A stretch of DNA of 64,000 nt from Macrostomum lignano. Taxonomy: Eukaryota. A program made the position numbers and the translations under genes. The DNA is taken from NCBI GenBank assembly GCA_002269645.1, contig NIVC01001670.1:124001-188000 (forward strand), in the 5' to 3' direction. A model generated the notes under the pieces. It saw only the letters and a program-made list of their open reading frames with translations, searched no databases and was not told where the DNA came from. Of the stretch, positions 1 to 14,220 are shown piece by piece (position 1 is the stretch's first letter; each line of letters opens with the position of its first letter).

Positions 1-691
1 AATCAGCCGCATCAAGGGCAGCTTTATTGTCGGCCCTTTTGGCAGCGAAAAAGGGGCCAGACGGGGCTCCCCATCTCGAGATTCGGCTGACGACAAAAAT
101 GTCGTTGAAATGAGAGGCGCGGTGATTAAGAGCTCGACAATAAAACCCGATCTTGCTTTAGCCAGGATTTTCTGTCTGAGCTCCGCCGCGCTCTGATTTG
201 CATGGGGGGTGGCGGGGGACAGAGGACTCCACTGTCTCTGATGAGGAAGAGATGCTGAGGCACGGCAGGACTCGCCCAATGTGGCTGACCCACCCGGAAA
301 CCGGCGGAACGGCACAAAGAGAACTTCGCCCCAGCTTCAAAGCTGGAGAGTGTTGGATGGCCTTGTGGGGATATTTGTATTTTTGGGGAGAATTGGGCAA
401 AACATTTCCGCTGAATGCTGCGGCTCTCCATAGTCTACCTCTACCACCCCCGCCATTATTTTTTCTGGCGACTGCGAGAACGGATTAGATGGAGAAACGG
501 CTGGTGATGGATGGCAGTTGGCGAGGCTGGGTAGACCGAAAATCGGCGGCAATTCTGAGAAAAATATGCAAAAAATGAATTTGCTCGATTTGGGGAGACA
601 CCGCCCGGTAATAAAAGTGACTCGATAATCAAAATTAACTGATCTACTCTGCAGCTCTGGCTCAGAAATGCGCCACTCTGCAGTTACTCTG

Positions 692-1167
692 CATCACCCA
701 ACATCACCCAGCATCACTCGGAATCACCCATCATCACCCGGATCCACCCAGCATCACCCGGAATCACCCAGAACCACCCTGTATCATCCTGGTCGCTCTA
801 CATCACCAAGCATCACCCAGCATCACCCAACATCACCCAGCATCACTCGGAATCACCCATCATCACCCGGATCCACCCAGCATCACCCCAGCATCACCCT
901 GAATCAACCAACATTTTCCAGCATCACCAAGCATCACTCAGCATCACCCAGCATCACCCAGCATCACCCAGCATCACCCAGCATCACCCAGCATCACCCA
1001 GCATCACCCAGCATCACCCAGAATCACCCAGCATCACCCAGCATCATTCAACATCACCCAGCATCACCCAGAAGCCATCAATATCCCCTGCGTCACCCAG
1101 CATCACCCAGCATCACCCAGCATCACCCAGCATCACCCAGCATCATTCAACATCACCCAGAGTCACC
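692..1167. repeat. 10-bp minisatellite (catcacccag)n in KIF26 intron
   Basis: Direct reading; ends about 8 nt from the donor GT at 1175. Confidence 0.95.
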
Positions 1168-1175
1168 GAACGCAC

Positions 1176-1394
1176 CAAGCTGCTCTCCTCTGTAAAGACG
1201 GCATCGAAGGAGAAGAGTTTCGGTGCCAGTTTGCTCTGCCCGCCTGAGGTAGAGGCGGCGGTGGTGGCGGCGGGTTGCCGGTGGTGGTGCAGAGCGGCGG
1301 GGTCGAAGACGGTCACCTGGCGCCGGCGACTGTCGGCTGACATACATGCGGCACCCCCGGTCTCCTTCGACACCACCTTGACGATCACCTTCAT
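1176..1394 (-). CDS. KIF26: Kinesin-11 (KIF26/VAB-8-like) exon, start of motor domain; gene continues off the left edge
   Basis: MKVIVKV...SADSRRRQVTVFDP...PKLFSFDAVFTEESSL matches the KIF26 pattern KVKVMLRI..VDPRKKQITLYDP..PKMFAFDAVF (from memory). Acceptor ttccgcag at 1395-1396, donor GTGCGT at 1175; 219 nt, phase 0-0. Confidence 0.88.
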
Positions 1395-1649
1395 CTGCGG
1401 AAGTTTAGAGGGGTACAGTGATGATGCCAATTCAACGAAATTGTGTCAAAGGTTCCAGGCTCGATTTTAGGTCCAACCGCACAAAATCCTCACAGCTTGA
1501 CTATGAGAAATGGGCCGCTGCACAGGGTCGCTTTCACTAGCTAAAAATATTGTATTGTTAACGACTAAACAACAATGCAGTTCAAAACTTGTACCAAATT
1601 TCAGAAACTCAAAACTTCTTCGATGATGTGAAATTTTAATCATCTACAG

Positions 1650-1840
1650 CTTGTGAATTTTTAATCTTGTGAATCTTTAATATTGTGAAACTTTATTCTT
1701 GTGAATCGCTAATCTTGTGAATCTTTTATCTTGTGAATCTTCGATCTTGTGAATCTTTAATCTTGTGAATCTTCAATCTTGTGAATCTTCAATCTTGTGA
1801 ATCTTCGATCTTGTTTAATTATCAATCTTGTTAATCTTCG
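1650..1840. repeat. About 16-bp minisatellite (aatcttgtgaatcttc)n
   Basis: Direct reading; degenerate edges. Confidence 0.9.
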
Positions 1841-4263
1841 AGCTCGTGAAGATTGTGAAACCCTGCATCTGCACCCTGCACCGAACTCTTCCCAATGCAT
1901 CCGTGAACGTTTCAGATAATTCCCCCCGTCAGGGATATTCGTCTCTGCGGTTTTCATTCAGCCGCCCCTCCTCAGACCGAATTTTGACTGATGGAGGCGC
2001 CACCGGGGGACAGCGCAATCTGCGCGAGCCCCGCCTCCCCCACAGCCGTCACAGGAGAGGAAAAGCTGATTCCGTTTTTTCGTTTCAACTCCCGAAGAGT
2101 TTACAGTTTTACAGCCGGCCTGTCACCCGGGCACTGGCGGCTGGCGGCTCCCGGGTTCATCTCAGTCGAAATTCCCGTCTTAGCCGCCGGAACTGCCGGC
2201 TTGGCGACTTTGCAGGAATTTTTGCTATTTGGAAAACTTGCCAAACTGCAATCAACACCCCGAAGAAGCGGTGAAACCGCGGATGCAAATCATTTGAATC
2301 GCAGAGCCCGGCAGGAGTGATGGAGAGAGAGTGAAAGTTTAGCAAAAGGAGGCGAAAGAAAGTGGGCGAAGAATAACCTCGGACAGACCGGCTGCCGCTA
2401 GGAGGGGACGGAGATGGAGACGGAGAGGGAGAGAGAAGGCGATGGGAGAGGCATTAAGGTAGGTACAAACTTTGAGTCTTCCAGGTTGGCCCTCATAGGC
2501 GTGGCCCTCGAGGGTCCATGCCACGTGGGTGGATCGAACCCACCAGAACCTCGCCGAGAAAGAGAGGGAAGATGATGATGAAGCAGGTGCGCCAAGGTGC
2601 CAGGCCAGCAAACTTCCCACCGCCACTGCCTGAATCGTCAGGAAAAGTGCAGCGAACTCAGCCAGCCCGATGCCTGATGCACCAAAACGGGCAGCCAACA
2701 ATGCAGCGGGGAGGCGACTGGCGCTGCCTGCACTGCCTTCAGTTCTGCCTCTCCCTCCCTTCCCGCTTCTTCTCCGCCTCGCCTCCGCGCACTTCCTGTG
2801 CGCCGCCTTCAGAAGCCGCATCCGGTGCGCGCTGGTGGGGGCCACTTGGCAGCGCTTGACTGCCAGCAGGGCCAGGTGCAAATAAAGCTGAGCTGCTTCA
2901 GTTAAGTTTCTGTTAACTGCGATAAGGCAACTGCAGCAGTGCGGAGTTCACTACCTTAACTAAGGCCTAATCATTGCTTGCCAATGCTTACTCAAGCTGA
3001 GAACTATTCTTATTAATCCCTTGCGTGCCATCGCGACTCCCCGCTCCGCGGCTGCCCTCGCCTCGGGGGCGCAAATGATTGTTTCATATTCTCTTCTTTT
3101 ATATTCTCTTCGCATCGAAAAGGGCTGGCCGCCAACCTCCCCCCCCCCAGCTAATCCCAGGCAGGTTGCAGTTTTATTGAGCTGGAGAGCCGAGCTCAGC
3201 TCTCTAATTGCCCGCTCCCAGCCCCGGCTGACTGACGGGTGACGCAATAATCCCGGCCGGGTTAAAGAATTTATTGAATCCTGGCTCGAATTTATTTGGA
3301 GGCCCGAAAAAAAATTCTTTTAACTGATTGACTCCAGCTGGGAGCCGGCCAAGCGGCTGGTGACAGCCCATATGGTCCGGTCTTCATCACTCAACTGCTC
3401 TCTCGCCGGAAGCCAAGCGGCATTGCAATGGCAGGGGGCGAGCAGTTTTTACAACTCTGAAAGCGAGACGCCAATTATGCAATAAAAACTCGCCCTGCCT
3501 GCTGCGCCGTCAGTTGAGCATGAGTTGATCAGTTTTTAGATCCAACCGGGCCAGCGGAAAGTGCTGAGCAGTGCGTTTGAAAATTTTACGACTTTGTTTA
3601 TTGCGTCTAACTGATGCATCTCTACCTTAGCCCTGCCTCTCCATGCTCTCTCTATGCCGCAAGTCGAGGCGACAGTCAACCCGCTGTTATGTCAGAAGTC
3701 CTGCCCCACAGACCGCACTTGAGTCAAGTAGAGCTTGGAAACTACCTACTAGGGACCGCGGCTGCGGCTCCCCCTTACTCTACATGTCCCGATTCTCTTT
3801 TCCCCGTCTCTTCATCTTTCAACCGCCAAAGTGATTCCAGTCTCACTATTCTGTCCTGTAGAGCCACCTGGCTCAGTAGGGAATTTCCACTCCATCCTCA
3901 TCTGAGCCTAGTCGCAAGTTCGATTCCCTCTCTCTCCCCCTGTGTTGACCGGCCCGCCCTGGGATGGGAGATTTAATTCCCATTGCGCAAACACCAGTTG
4001 GCAGCGCCCTCCTCTCCCCTTTGAGAAGCGGCAAGATGGAGCTCCCCCAACACCCAGAAGCGGCGGCTCTCTTTAAAAAGGCTTTGACCAAACAAGCAGT
4101 TTTGAGGCTCCTGTGAGCGATGGGAGAGAAGGGAAAGCGATTGAGCAGCTTGTTGGGCGAAATTTAAAATTCACAAAAAGCGCGCAGAAGCCGACAGGCC
4201 CTCAAAAAAAGAGCATGAGAATCGGTTGCTGGGCGAGCAGCAAAAGCAGCAGACGGGACTCAC

Positions 4264-4558
4264 CTTCGCAGCGGAGGTGCAGCTGGCGGCCGGCTCCGGT
4301 GCAGCAGGCGGCAGCAGCGGCGGCGGCGGCGGCCCCCCGGCCGTCCTGAGCAGCTCAGCAAATCGAGTGGCGGAAGAAGCCGCGGCCCCGCAGCCGAAGC
4401 CCCGGTTTGCTGTCCGCTGCTTCCGCTGACCGCGGCCGCCGGGCATCGGCGAGGTCGGACTCTGCATCAGGCTGCTGGCTGCTGGCAGCCTGGAATTGAC
4501 AGCGGCAGCGGCACTGCAGCGGGGAAGAGGATCGGACAGGATGGGGAAGAGGAGCCGG
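4264..4558 (-). CDS. KIF26: KIF26-like exon immediately N-terminal to the motor domain
   Basis: ATRFAELLRTAGGPPPPPLLPP resembles the KIF26 pre-motor motif [21 protein letters not shown]. Strong donor AAG|GTGAGT at 4263 joins in phase 0 to MKVIVKV. The 5' boundary (ccccgcag at 4559-4560) is tentative. Confidence 0.72.
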
Positions 4559-4904
4559 CTGCGGGGGAGGCTGGCAGGGTGGCGGAAGACAAAAGCCGGA
4601 CAGCTGGCGTCGGGCCGTCAGCATCTCCGGTTGGCGCTCCAGGGAACTGCCTGTGCCTCCAAGCCCTCCAAGTCTTTCAGACTTTCAGGTATCAAGAGGG
4701 ACGGACCGGTTCGCGTTCATTCTTAGTTCGGTTTTCAGTCCCCTAATTGCTGGCTCATATTTGGCTTTTTGATTAGCAAACAGTCGAATTTTTTTAGACT
4801 GCAGCTTGATGTTCTTGCCTTCAGTTCAACCCGCTTTCACACAATGTCTTCGATCTTTTCATTCGTGTCCACGTTTTTGTGTGAAATCATCCTTTTCACT
4901 CTTT

Positions 4905-6355
4905 GTTTGTATTCTTGTCATTTCACTGTCTGCATTCTTGTCACTCACTGTCTGTATTCTTGTCACTCACTGTCTGTATTCTTGTCACTTCACTGTCTGT
5001 ATTCTTGTCACTTCACTGTCTGTATTCTTGTCATTTCACTGTCTGCATTCTTGTCACTCACTGTCTGTATTCTTGTCACTCACTGTCTGTATTCTTGTCA
5101 CTTCACTGTCTGTATTCTTGTCACTTCACTGTCTGTATTCTTGTCACTTCACTGTCTGTATTCTTGTCACTCACTGTCTGTATTCTTGTCACTCACTGTC
5201 TGCATTCTTGTCACTCACTGTCTGTATTCTTGTCACTCACTGTCTGTATTCTTGTCACTCACTGTCTGCATTCTTTTCACTCACTGTCTGTATTCTTGTC
5301 ACTCACTGTCTGTATTCTTGTCACTCACTGTCTGTATTCTTGTCACTCTTTGTCTGTATTCTTGTCACTCTTTGTCTGTATTCTTGTCACTCTTTGTCTG
5401 TATTCTTGTCACTCACTGTCTGTATTCTTGTCACTCTTTGTCTGTATTCTTGTCACTCACTGTTTGTATTCTTGTCACTCACTCTTTGTATTCTTGTTAC
5501 CTTTTGTCTGTATTCTCGTCACTCACTGTCTGTATTCTTGTCACTAGCTGTCTGTATTCTCGTCACTCACTGTCTGTATTCTTGTCACTTCACTGTCTGT
5601 ATTCTTGTCACTCTTTGTCTGTATTCTTGTCACTCTTTGTTTGTATTCTTGTTATTTCACTGTCTGCATTCTTGTCACTCACTGTCTGTATTCTTGTCAC
5701 TCACTGTCTGTATTCTTGTCACTTCACTGTCTGTATTCTTGTCACTTCACTGTCTGTATTCTTGTCACTTCACTGTCTGTATTCTTGTCACTCACTGTCT
5801 GCATTCTTGTCACTCACTGTCTGTATTCTTGTCACTCACTGTCTGTATTCTTGTCACTCACTGTCTGCATTCTTTTCACTTCACTGTCTGTATTCTTGTC
5901 ACTCACTGTCTGTATTCTTGTCACTCACTGTCTGTATTCTTGTCACTCTTTGTCTGTATTCTTGTCACTCACTGTCTGTATTCTTGTCACTTCACTGTCT
6001 GTATTCTTGTCACTCACTGTCTGTATTCTTGTCACTCACTGTCTGTATTCTTGTCACTCCCTTTCTGTATTCTTGTCACTCACTATCTGTATTCTTGTCA
6101 CTCACTGTCTGTATTCTTGTCACTCACTGTCTGTATTCTTGTCACTTCACTGTCTGTATTCTTGTCACTCACTGTCTGTATTCTTGTCACTCACTGTCTG
6201 TATTCTTGTCACTCACTGTCTGTATTCTCGTCACTCACTGTCTGTATTCTTGTCACTCACTGTCTGTATTCTTGTCACTCATTGTCTGTATTCTTGTCAC
6301 TCACTGTCTGTATTCTTGTTACCTTTTGTCTGTGTTCTCGTCACTCACTGTCTTC
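4905..6355. repeat. 22/23-bp minisatellite (cactgtctgtattcttgtcact)n
   Basis: Direct reading; source of the spurious 542- and 558-aa ORFs. Confidence 0.97.
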
Positions 6356-6961
6356 ACTTTCCGACTATTGCTTTCACTCGCTACCTGTATTCTGTAGGGA
6401 GACTTTCGCCATTCCCAACCCATTCCTCAATTTCCAGTCGGCATTCTATTCAAAGCGTCAACGAGATGACAAGAGCTACTAAAAGTACATCGGGGGCTAC
6501 CGCTACTCTCAAAGTCTCAATTCCTCATCGAAATTCACTCCCGTCCATCCATCTCTCTTACCCGTCTTCAAGAGTTGCTTCCGGTTGGCATTCGCGGTGT
6601 CCACCGCTGCTTCTCAAACTTCTGCTCTGCACTGTTCTCAGCCTATTTCGCCTCCAAAGAAGTGTGTCGGTAAAGCTGCTTACTCAAGTTATCGTGAGTA
6701 GAAGAACCCGGATATCCGTCAGACAGATTGGGGGAGCAGAAGAGAACGGGAGGGCAGCTGAGCGAGAGGGCTGGCCCGGTGGATTTTGCTTGCTTTGGCC
6801 TGAAGCCTGAGGAGATTATGGAGTGCGCGTATTAATCCTGCCGTACTGCCAGCCCTGATTGGCTGGCAACTCGCTGCCAACCCTCAGTGACCTCCGGGCT
6901 GACAGAGCTGTCTGGCCAGGCGGGCTGGACCTCCGCTGCTCTCCGCTCCCTAATCTCATTG

Positions 6962-7527
6962 CCTTATTCTCATGTCTACCTCTCTGTCTCACTCTACCTT
7001 ATTCTCATGTCTACTTCTCTGTCTCACTCTATCTTATTCTCATGTCTACCTCTCTGTCTCACTCTACCTTATTCTCATGTCTACCTCTCTGTCTCACTCT
7101 ATCTTATTCTCATGTCTACCTCTCTGTCTCACCCTACCTTATTCTCATGTCTACTTCTCTGTCTCACCCTACCTTATTCTCATGTCTACATCTCTGTCTC
7201 ACCCTACCTCATTCTCATGTCTACATCTCTGTCTCACTCTACCTTATTCTCATGTCTACCTCTCTGTCTCACTCTACCTTATTCTCATGTCTACATCTCT
7301 GTCTCACTCTACCTTATTCTCATGTCTACCTCTCTGTCTCACTCTACCTTATTCTCATGTCTACCTCTCTGTCTCACTCTACCTTATTCTCATGTCTACA
7401 TCTCTGTCTCACTCTACCTTATTCTCATGTCTACCTCTCTGTCTCACTCTACCCTATTCTCATGTCTACCTCTCTGTCTCACTCTACCTTATTCTCATGT
7501 CTACCTCTCTGTCTCACTCTACCTTAT
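6962..7527. repeat. 35-bp minisatellite (cttattctcatgtctacctctctgtctcactctac)n
   Basis: Direct reading; about 16 copies. Confidence 0.95.
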
Positions 7528-8124
7528 CTCACCAATCTCACTCCATCAGCCCAATTGTGTTTTTGTTGCTCCCAAAAGTTTCTTTTTTTCTTTTCAGGCC
7601 GTGCACCAGCCCCGTCCGGGGCCCCGCGCCAGCGCAGCCATCAAATAAGATGAACGAGCGGCCGCCCTGCCAAACCCCTCGGATGGCAAAGGTGGGCGCT
7701 GACGGGGGGACAGCCGGGCCAAGCCGGGAGATGCCCGCCCAGAACAACAGCTTTCGTCTCTGCAAATGAATGGTGGAGAGCGCAGAGGCCCCCCAATCCT
7801 GGCTAGAAATGAAATCAGTTGGCGCTAAGGGGACGAAGGCCGGCCATCGAGTTCGAGTAGCCATCCAGGCGGCGAGGTGCGTGGCCCGATGGTGATTAAT
7901 GGCTGGAAGTCACTGGCGGCTTCGCTGCCCTCGCTGACCTACCGCGGTAACTCAGTCTGCCGTTTCTGCAACAGCTGCTGCTTCTTCTAGGAGAAGACTT
8001 GGATCTTTATGATCTTAGGAGCGGAATAAAACCTACGTAATAGCTGCTGGATCTATAGGTGCTTAAGAAATATTGCTTTTAGATAGAAGGCTAGGAGCTG
8101 AGAGCGTTGAGACATAGGATATTC

Positions 8125-8470
8125 AGAAGCAGCAGCGTTCCCTAGAAGCAGCGGAGTGTTCCAAAGAAGCAGAAAAAAGTGTCCCTTGAAGCAGCAAGGT
8201 GTTCCCTATAAGCAAGAGAATGTTCTCTAGAAGCAGCAAAATGTCCCCTAGAAGCAGCAGAATGTTCTTCCCGAGAAGCAGCAGAGTGTTCCCTAAAAGC
8301 AGCAGTGTTCCCTAGAAGCAGCAGAGTATTCCCTAGAAGCAACAGAAGGTTCCCTAGAAGCAACAGAAGTTTCCATAGAAGCAGCAGAGTATTCCCTAGA
8401 AGCAACAGAAGGTTCCCTAGAAGCAACAGAAGTTTCCATAGAAGCAGCAGTGTTCCCTCGAAGCAGCAGA
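8125..8470. repeat. Degenerate 20-21-bp repeat (gaagcagcagagtgttccct)n
   Basis: Direct reading. Confidence 0.85.
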
Positions 8471-9051
8471 ATGTTACGAAGAATCCACCGAATTCATCTT
8501 AAATTTCTAAAAGCCTAATAATTTCCGCAAAGCACTAAAACATCTCCACTCGGTCGCAGCTTCCGTAATTGGAAAAAGACAGAGCGTCAAGGGCCGAAGC
8601 CGCCCTATAAGCTGGCCCGCTATACACGGCTTCGCATGGGTTGGGATTTGGGAAGAGGACAGACGGGGACCGGCGGGCAAATTCTGCTGGCAGGCAGAGC
8701 CGGTTTCGGGGTGGAAGGAAAAAAGCAGACGGACTGGTGGCGTCGCCTTTCTGGACCCCTCCTTCGTTTCTTTGCCCCCGTGCCCCCTCCCCTGCTCCCC
8801 CCTCTCTCGCCTTCTGTCAAGAACAACTTGGCAGCAAAGTTGATCCACCGGCGCAGCGGTGCGTCTTGAGCCGCCCACCCCCAGTGTATTGAATCTGCAT
8901 ATCTAGAACTGTATTGAGAATCGATATTTACTAGCAATTGAAGCTGTAGGAATTAACGCTCGTTAAAAAACCACATCAATTTCAGATTCCAGAAACTCTA
9001 ATTGATTGATATTCAGATCCCATGAAGTGCTGAAGGTGTGTCAATTCCCGA

Positions 9052-9955
9052 AATGTCAGATCTCTGGTGTTCCAAACTCAAAAAATGTCAGTTCTCTGAT
9101 GTTCAAAACACAAAATGTCAGCTCTCTGATGTTCCAAACAAAAATGTCAGCTCTCTGATGTTCCAAACAAAAATGTCAGCTCTCTGATGTTCCAAACAAA
9201 AATGTCAGCTCTCTGATGTTCCAAACCCAAAAATGTCAGCTCTCTGATGTTCCAAACACACAATGTCAGATCTCTGGTGTCCTAACCCTAAAAATGTCAG
9301 ATCTCTGATGTCCTAACCCTAAAAATGTCAGATCTCTGATGTCCTGACCCCATAAATGTCAGCTCTCTGATGTCCTAACCCTAAAACTGTCAGATCTCTG
9401 ATGTCATAATCCCAAAAATGTCAGATATCTGGTGTCCTAACCCAAAAATGTCAGATCTCTGATGTCCTAACCCTAAAACTGTCAGATCTCTGATGTCATA
9501 ATCCCAAAAAATTCAGATCTCTGATGTCCTAACCCAAAAATGTCAGATCTCTGATGTCCTTACCGAAAAATGTCAGATCTCTGATGTCCTAACCCAAAAA
9601 AATCAGATCTCTGATGTCCTAACCCAAAAATGTCAGATCTCTGATGTCCTTACCGAAAAATGTCAGATCTCTGATGTCCTAACCTAAAAATGTCAGCTCT
9701 CTGATGTCCTTACCGAAAAATGTCAGATCTCTGATGTCCTAACCCTAAAAATGTCAGATCTCTGATGTCCTAACCCTAAAACTGTCAGATCTCTGATGTC
9801 ATAATCCCAAAAATGTCAGATATCTGGTGTCCTAACCCAAAAATGTCAGATATCTGGTGTCCTAACCCAAAAATGTCAGATATCTGGTGTCCCAACCCAT
9901 AAATGTCAGATCTCTGATGTCCTACCCCCCAAAAATGTCAGATCCCTGATGTTCC
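9052..9955. repeat. 30-31-bp minisatellite (aaaaatgtcagatctctgatgtcctaaccc)n
   Basis: Direct reading; variant gradient along the array. Confidence 0.95.
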
Positions 9956-10679
9956 ACAATCCAACAGGCTCACCGCAAATGTTTGTGCTTAAACTGTTTT
10001 ACGGCGCCGCCGCTGTCAAGGAAATCAGAAAAATCCGCCCGCTCCCCCACCACGCGCGGTCAGAACTCGCGGGCCGATAAAAGCCCCGGAGGTCACCGGC
10101 TGGCGGCCGCCGAATCGCCGGAGTTGTAAAAGCCGCCGCGGCCGGTCGTAAACGCTGAAAATCTTCTCTCCGCTCTCCTTGCCGACTTCAGAGCTAAAAA
10201 ACACGCTAGAAAATCACCTTCTGTCCTCCCGAAATCTATTGGAGAATTTTTAGAGCCCTTTGGCAGCCTGCCAGCGCAGGCGAAGGGCGAGAAGGCGAGA
10301 GCGGAGCGACTAGGGAGGGGCGCGAGCCCCAGACAGTCGCCATGAGGGCGGAGGGGGCTCGTAAACCCGATGAGCTGAGATGGGATCGGGGATTTGGGGA
10401 AATTTTCCGGGGCAGCTAAGGCCAAGAACGGGATGGGGGAAGTTAATAGCGACTTTATGGCCGGCGAGGGACCCGCGGGGACTGGGTGGAGTGGGGAGGC
10501 AGAGGGTGCAGCTCCGGCTAGCATCCTAGGAGAGCACACTATCTCCATGCTGCAGAGTACTAACGCGTTTGCATTACTGATTTGTCTAAATTTGTGCCAT
10601 GGGAATGCGGCCTGCCGAGTTGTGTAGGAGCAGCCGCTGGACACTGATCCATCTCTTTACTCATCCTTATTCTCCTGGT

Positions 10680-11185
10680 CCCTTAGCCTATACGAGTCTT
10701 CATTATCTTTGAGTCCTTAGTCTATACGAGTCTTCATTATCTTTGAGTCCTTAGTCTATACGAGTCCTCATTATCTTTGAGTCCTTAGCCTATACGAGTC
10801 CTCATTATCTTTGAGTCCTTAGCCTATACGAGTCCTCATTATCTTTGAGTCCTTAGTCTATACGAGTCTTCATTATCTTTGAGTCCTTAGTCTATATGAG
10901 TCCTCATTATCTCTGAGTCCTTAGTCTATACGAGTCTTCATTATCTTTGAGTCCTTAGTCTATACGAGTCCTCACTATCTTTGAGTCCTTAGCCTATACG
11001 AGTCCTCATTATCTTTGAGTCCTTAGCCTATACGAGTCCTCACTATCTTCGAGTCCTTAGTCTCTATGAGTTCTCATTATCTCTGAGTCCTTAGTCTATA
11101 TGAGTTCTCATTATCTCTGAGTCTTTAGTCTCGATGAGTTCTCATTATCTCCGAGTTCTTAGTCTCTATGAGTCCTCATAATCTC
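10680..11185. repeat. 34-bp minisatellite (agtcctcattatctttgagtccttagtctatacg)n
   Basis: Direct reading. Confidence 0.95.
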
Positions 11186-13055
11186 AAAATTTATTACAGA
11201 CATTATACTCATGCATTAGATTGCCTCATAGGTACTTTAGTGCACTTTGCCAACAAGTCCTGCTCCCGCGACACTGACAGAGTGAAGAAATCGGCACATA
11301 TTATTCGTCGAAGAGGACCCAGAAGATGAGGGAAGTGGGGCCTCTCTAAGCTGGGAGGCTGGGCTTAATTTGGACCGCTACTGTCGTTGGGATAAATATG
11401 CAAAGCAGCGGTGGTGGGTGGCGGCACTCCCAATTCACTTGGTGTGTCCGCCCCCCCACTCTGGCAGCTGGGCGGCAGATTTCGGCTCCCTGGCAGAATT
11501 TCCCAACCGGTATCCCCCCGAGCCTGCCAGTTTTCTGTGCAAACCGCAAGGTCTCTTCTTCTTCTCCTAGATGATAAGGAGAGAGTGAGCAGTTATTCCG
11601 GAGAAGCCAGCTGATGAGGCGCGGGTTGCTCTGTGGCTGCAAACGGAGCTCTCTTCCCCCTATTTACTAACTATATCAGCTATAATTTTCCCACTTTTCG
11701 TGGAACTCCAATTCAGAAACTGGGGGCGGCCTAATCCATAGCGAGAAGCTCGAGCCACAGATTGCTGGCTGTAAATCAAGTGAAATATTTCTGTATGGGA
11801 AAAAATAAAATAGAAGACAGCTCAGCACCAGCCCGAATGGCTGACCGGCCGCTCTGCGGGAATTCCCGCATTTCAGTTGGCTGTCATGGCGATGCGGCTG
11901 GGGGTCAGGCGGGTCGGGCAGCGGAGATTCCGGCCCAGATAGTCGGGCGCAGGCCCGGCAGCTGTGGTGGCTGCAGGACACGCCGAGCAGCTGGAAGCCG
12001 CAACCCCCCCCCCCCTACAGTTGCAGTTTCGCTCACCTGGTCACGCAGCGAAGGTCGCCCGGATCTACAGTGACCGGCGGCGGCTGCAGAGTCTGGAGAA
12101 TTTGATAGCGGAGCATAAATCAGTGATGAGTCACCAGTTCTTGCCGGGGGATCAAAGCTCGGGCTAGACCGGATTTAAAACCAGCATTCATTTTGGGATT
12201 CTTCAAGCGGCCGAAGTAATTCTTGAGCAGCGGTTTTAATTTTGATCCCGACCACCAACTGACCTCCGGCTGACCCCTCTCGGCAGCCGAAGGAATCGCC
12301 TTGTGGCACCCAGGGGGGGCAGTTTTTCCTCCACTGTTTTCCTCCTCATCCCGGGCGCCTGTTGAAAGCCGAAAATTTCTCAGCACGGGAGAGGCCTGAG
12401 CTCGCCTTCCTTCTTCCCCAGCCTCCGCCCGCGGGTTCCCACGGCTGGCAGCATTTTTGCCGGCATGAAAAATTCAGCACAAAATTAATCAAGGAAAATT
12501 GGGCCCGGGTGCCGGCCAGAAATATATCTGGCTGATGACGCACGGGAGGCTGGGCCCGCCGGCTGTTGGGTTGGCCGGCGACTTCGAATACGAAAATGCA
12601 AAAACTGGAGCTGCGCTAGACGGGAGGAGGCAGACTGGAGGATCCTCACGAATTGAACTCATTTTTGCGACCCGCTGTGCAGGCGTGAAAAGAACATTCG
12701 CCAGGGACTCGCAGGGAGCTGATGAAGGATGAGAGGCTGGATGGGACGCAGCTGCTTTCAGCTTGCAGTCTGGCGAGCTGAGGGGATTATCCGGTAAGTC
12801 GATACTCCCGACTGATGAGGGAGGCTGCAAGCTCCACTCTGCAGCTCACTTTCTCTGCGACTCGAGCACCAGGCATGGCGCTCTTGGCTGCCCCCCCCCC
12901 CAGTGCAGCTTCATGCATTGCACTGCAGATAACTGAATAACTGCGATGATGCGCCGGGAGGTCGGCTCGGAATTAATGTACGGGACATGAAAGAATAGGA
13001 GAAACTGGCGATCAAGCTCAAGGTCATGGGATATGAGTGGAGCGCGAAAGAAAAA

Positions 13056-13612
<557 letters not shown>

Positions 13613-13944
13613 ATAACAATGTTAGTAAATGTGCAACAGCTGCTGAGAAGAGGCAGTCGGAGACTTTACTCAAACGTAGGAAGTTGGAAACGGATCACTT
13701 CCGCATCTCCATCTGGCAGCGCTGTCCAGTTTCTGGGATAAAATGATTATTCGAGTAGCGGCTCGAGTGGCAGTTTTCAGTTGCCAACCAGACAATATTT
13801 TGGATCTACTTGAAAAAAGATTAACTGGAATTCAGATGGTTTTTAACGAGTACAAAAGTCAGAGTTTCTGGTTGTGCCATGAAGTAGCGGAATGCGATGA
13901 TGCTCAAAAATTGCAGTAAGTACAGACAGTCGAGGCATAGAGTG

Positions 13945-14220
13945 AGCGAGGGGTGTGAGGAGTGAGGTGGTTGCGGAGTGAGGTGGGTGGGGTGTGAGAT
14001 GGGTGCAGAATGAGGTGGTTGCGGAGTGAGGTGGGTGAGGAGTAAGGTGGTTGCGGAGTGAGGTGGGTGAGGAGTGAGGTGGTTGCGGAGTGAGGTGGGT
14101 GAGGAGTGAGGTGGTTGCGGAGTGAGGTGGGTGCGGAGTGAGATGGGTGCGGAATGGGGTGGGTGGGGAGTACGGTTGGTGCAGGTTGAGGTGGGTGCGT
14201 GGTGCGTGCGTGGTGAGGTG
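13945..14220. repeat. G-rich about 32-bp repeat (gtgaggtggttgcggagtgaggtgggtgagga)n
   Basis: Direct reading. Confidence 0.85.

Noticed and set aside
4769-7769. Long hydrophobic ORFs (542, 558, 401, 264 aa)
   Set aside because: They are translations of 22/23-bp and 35-bp arrays, open in several frames at once, with no domain content.
9052-9955. Telomere-like cctaaccct within the 30-bp unit
   Set aside because: At most about 1.5 hexamers per unit; not an interstitial (TTAGGG)n tract.
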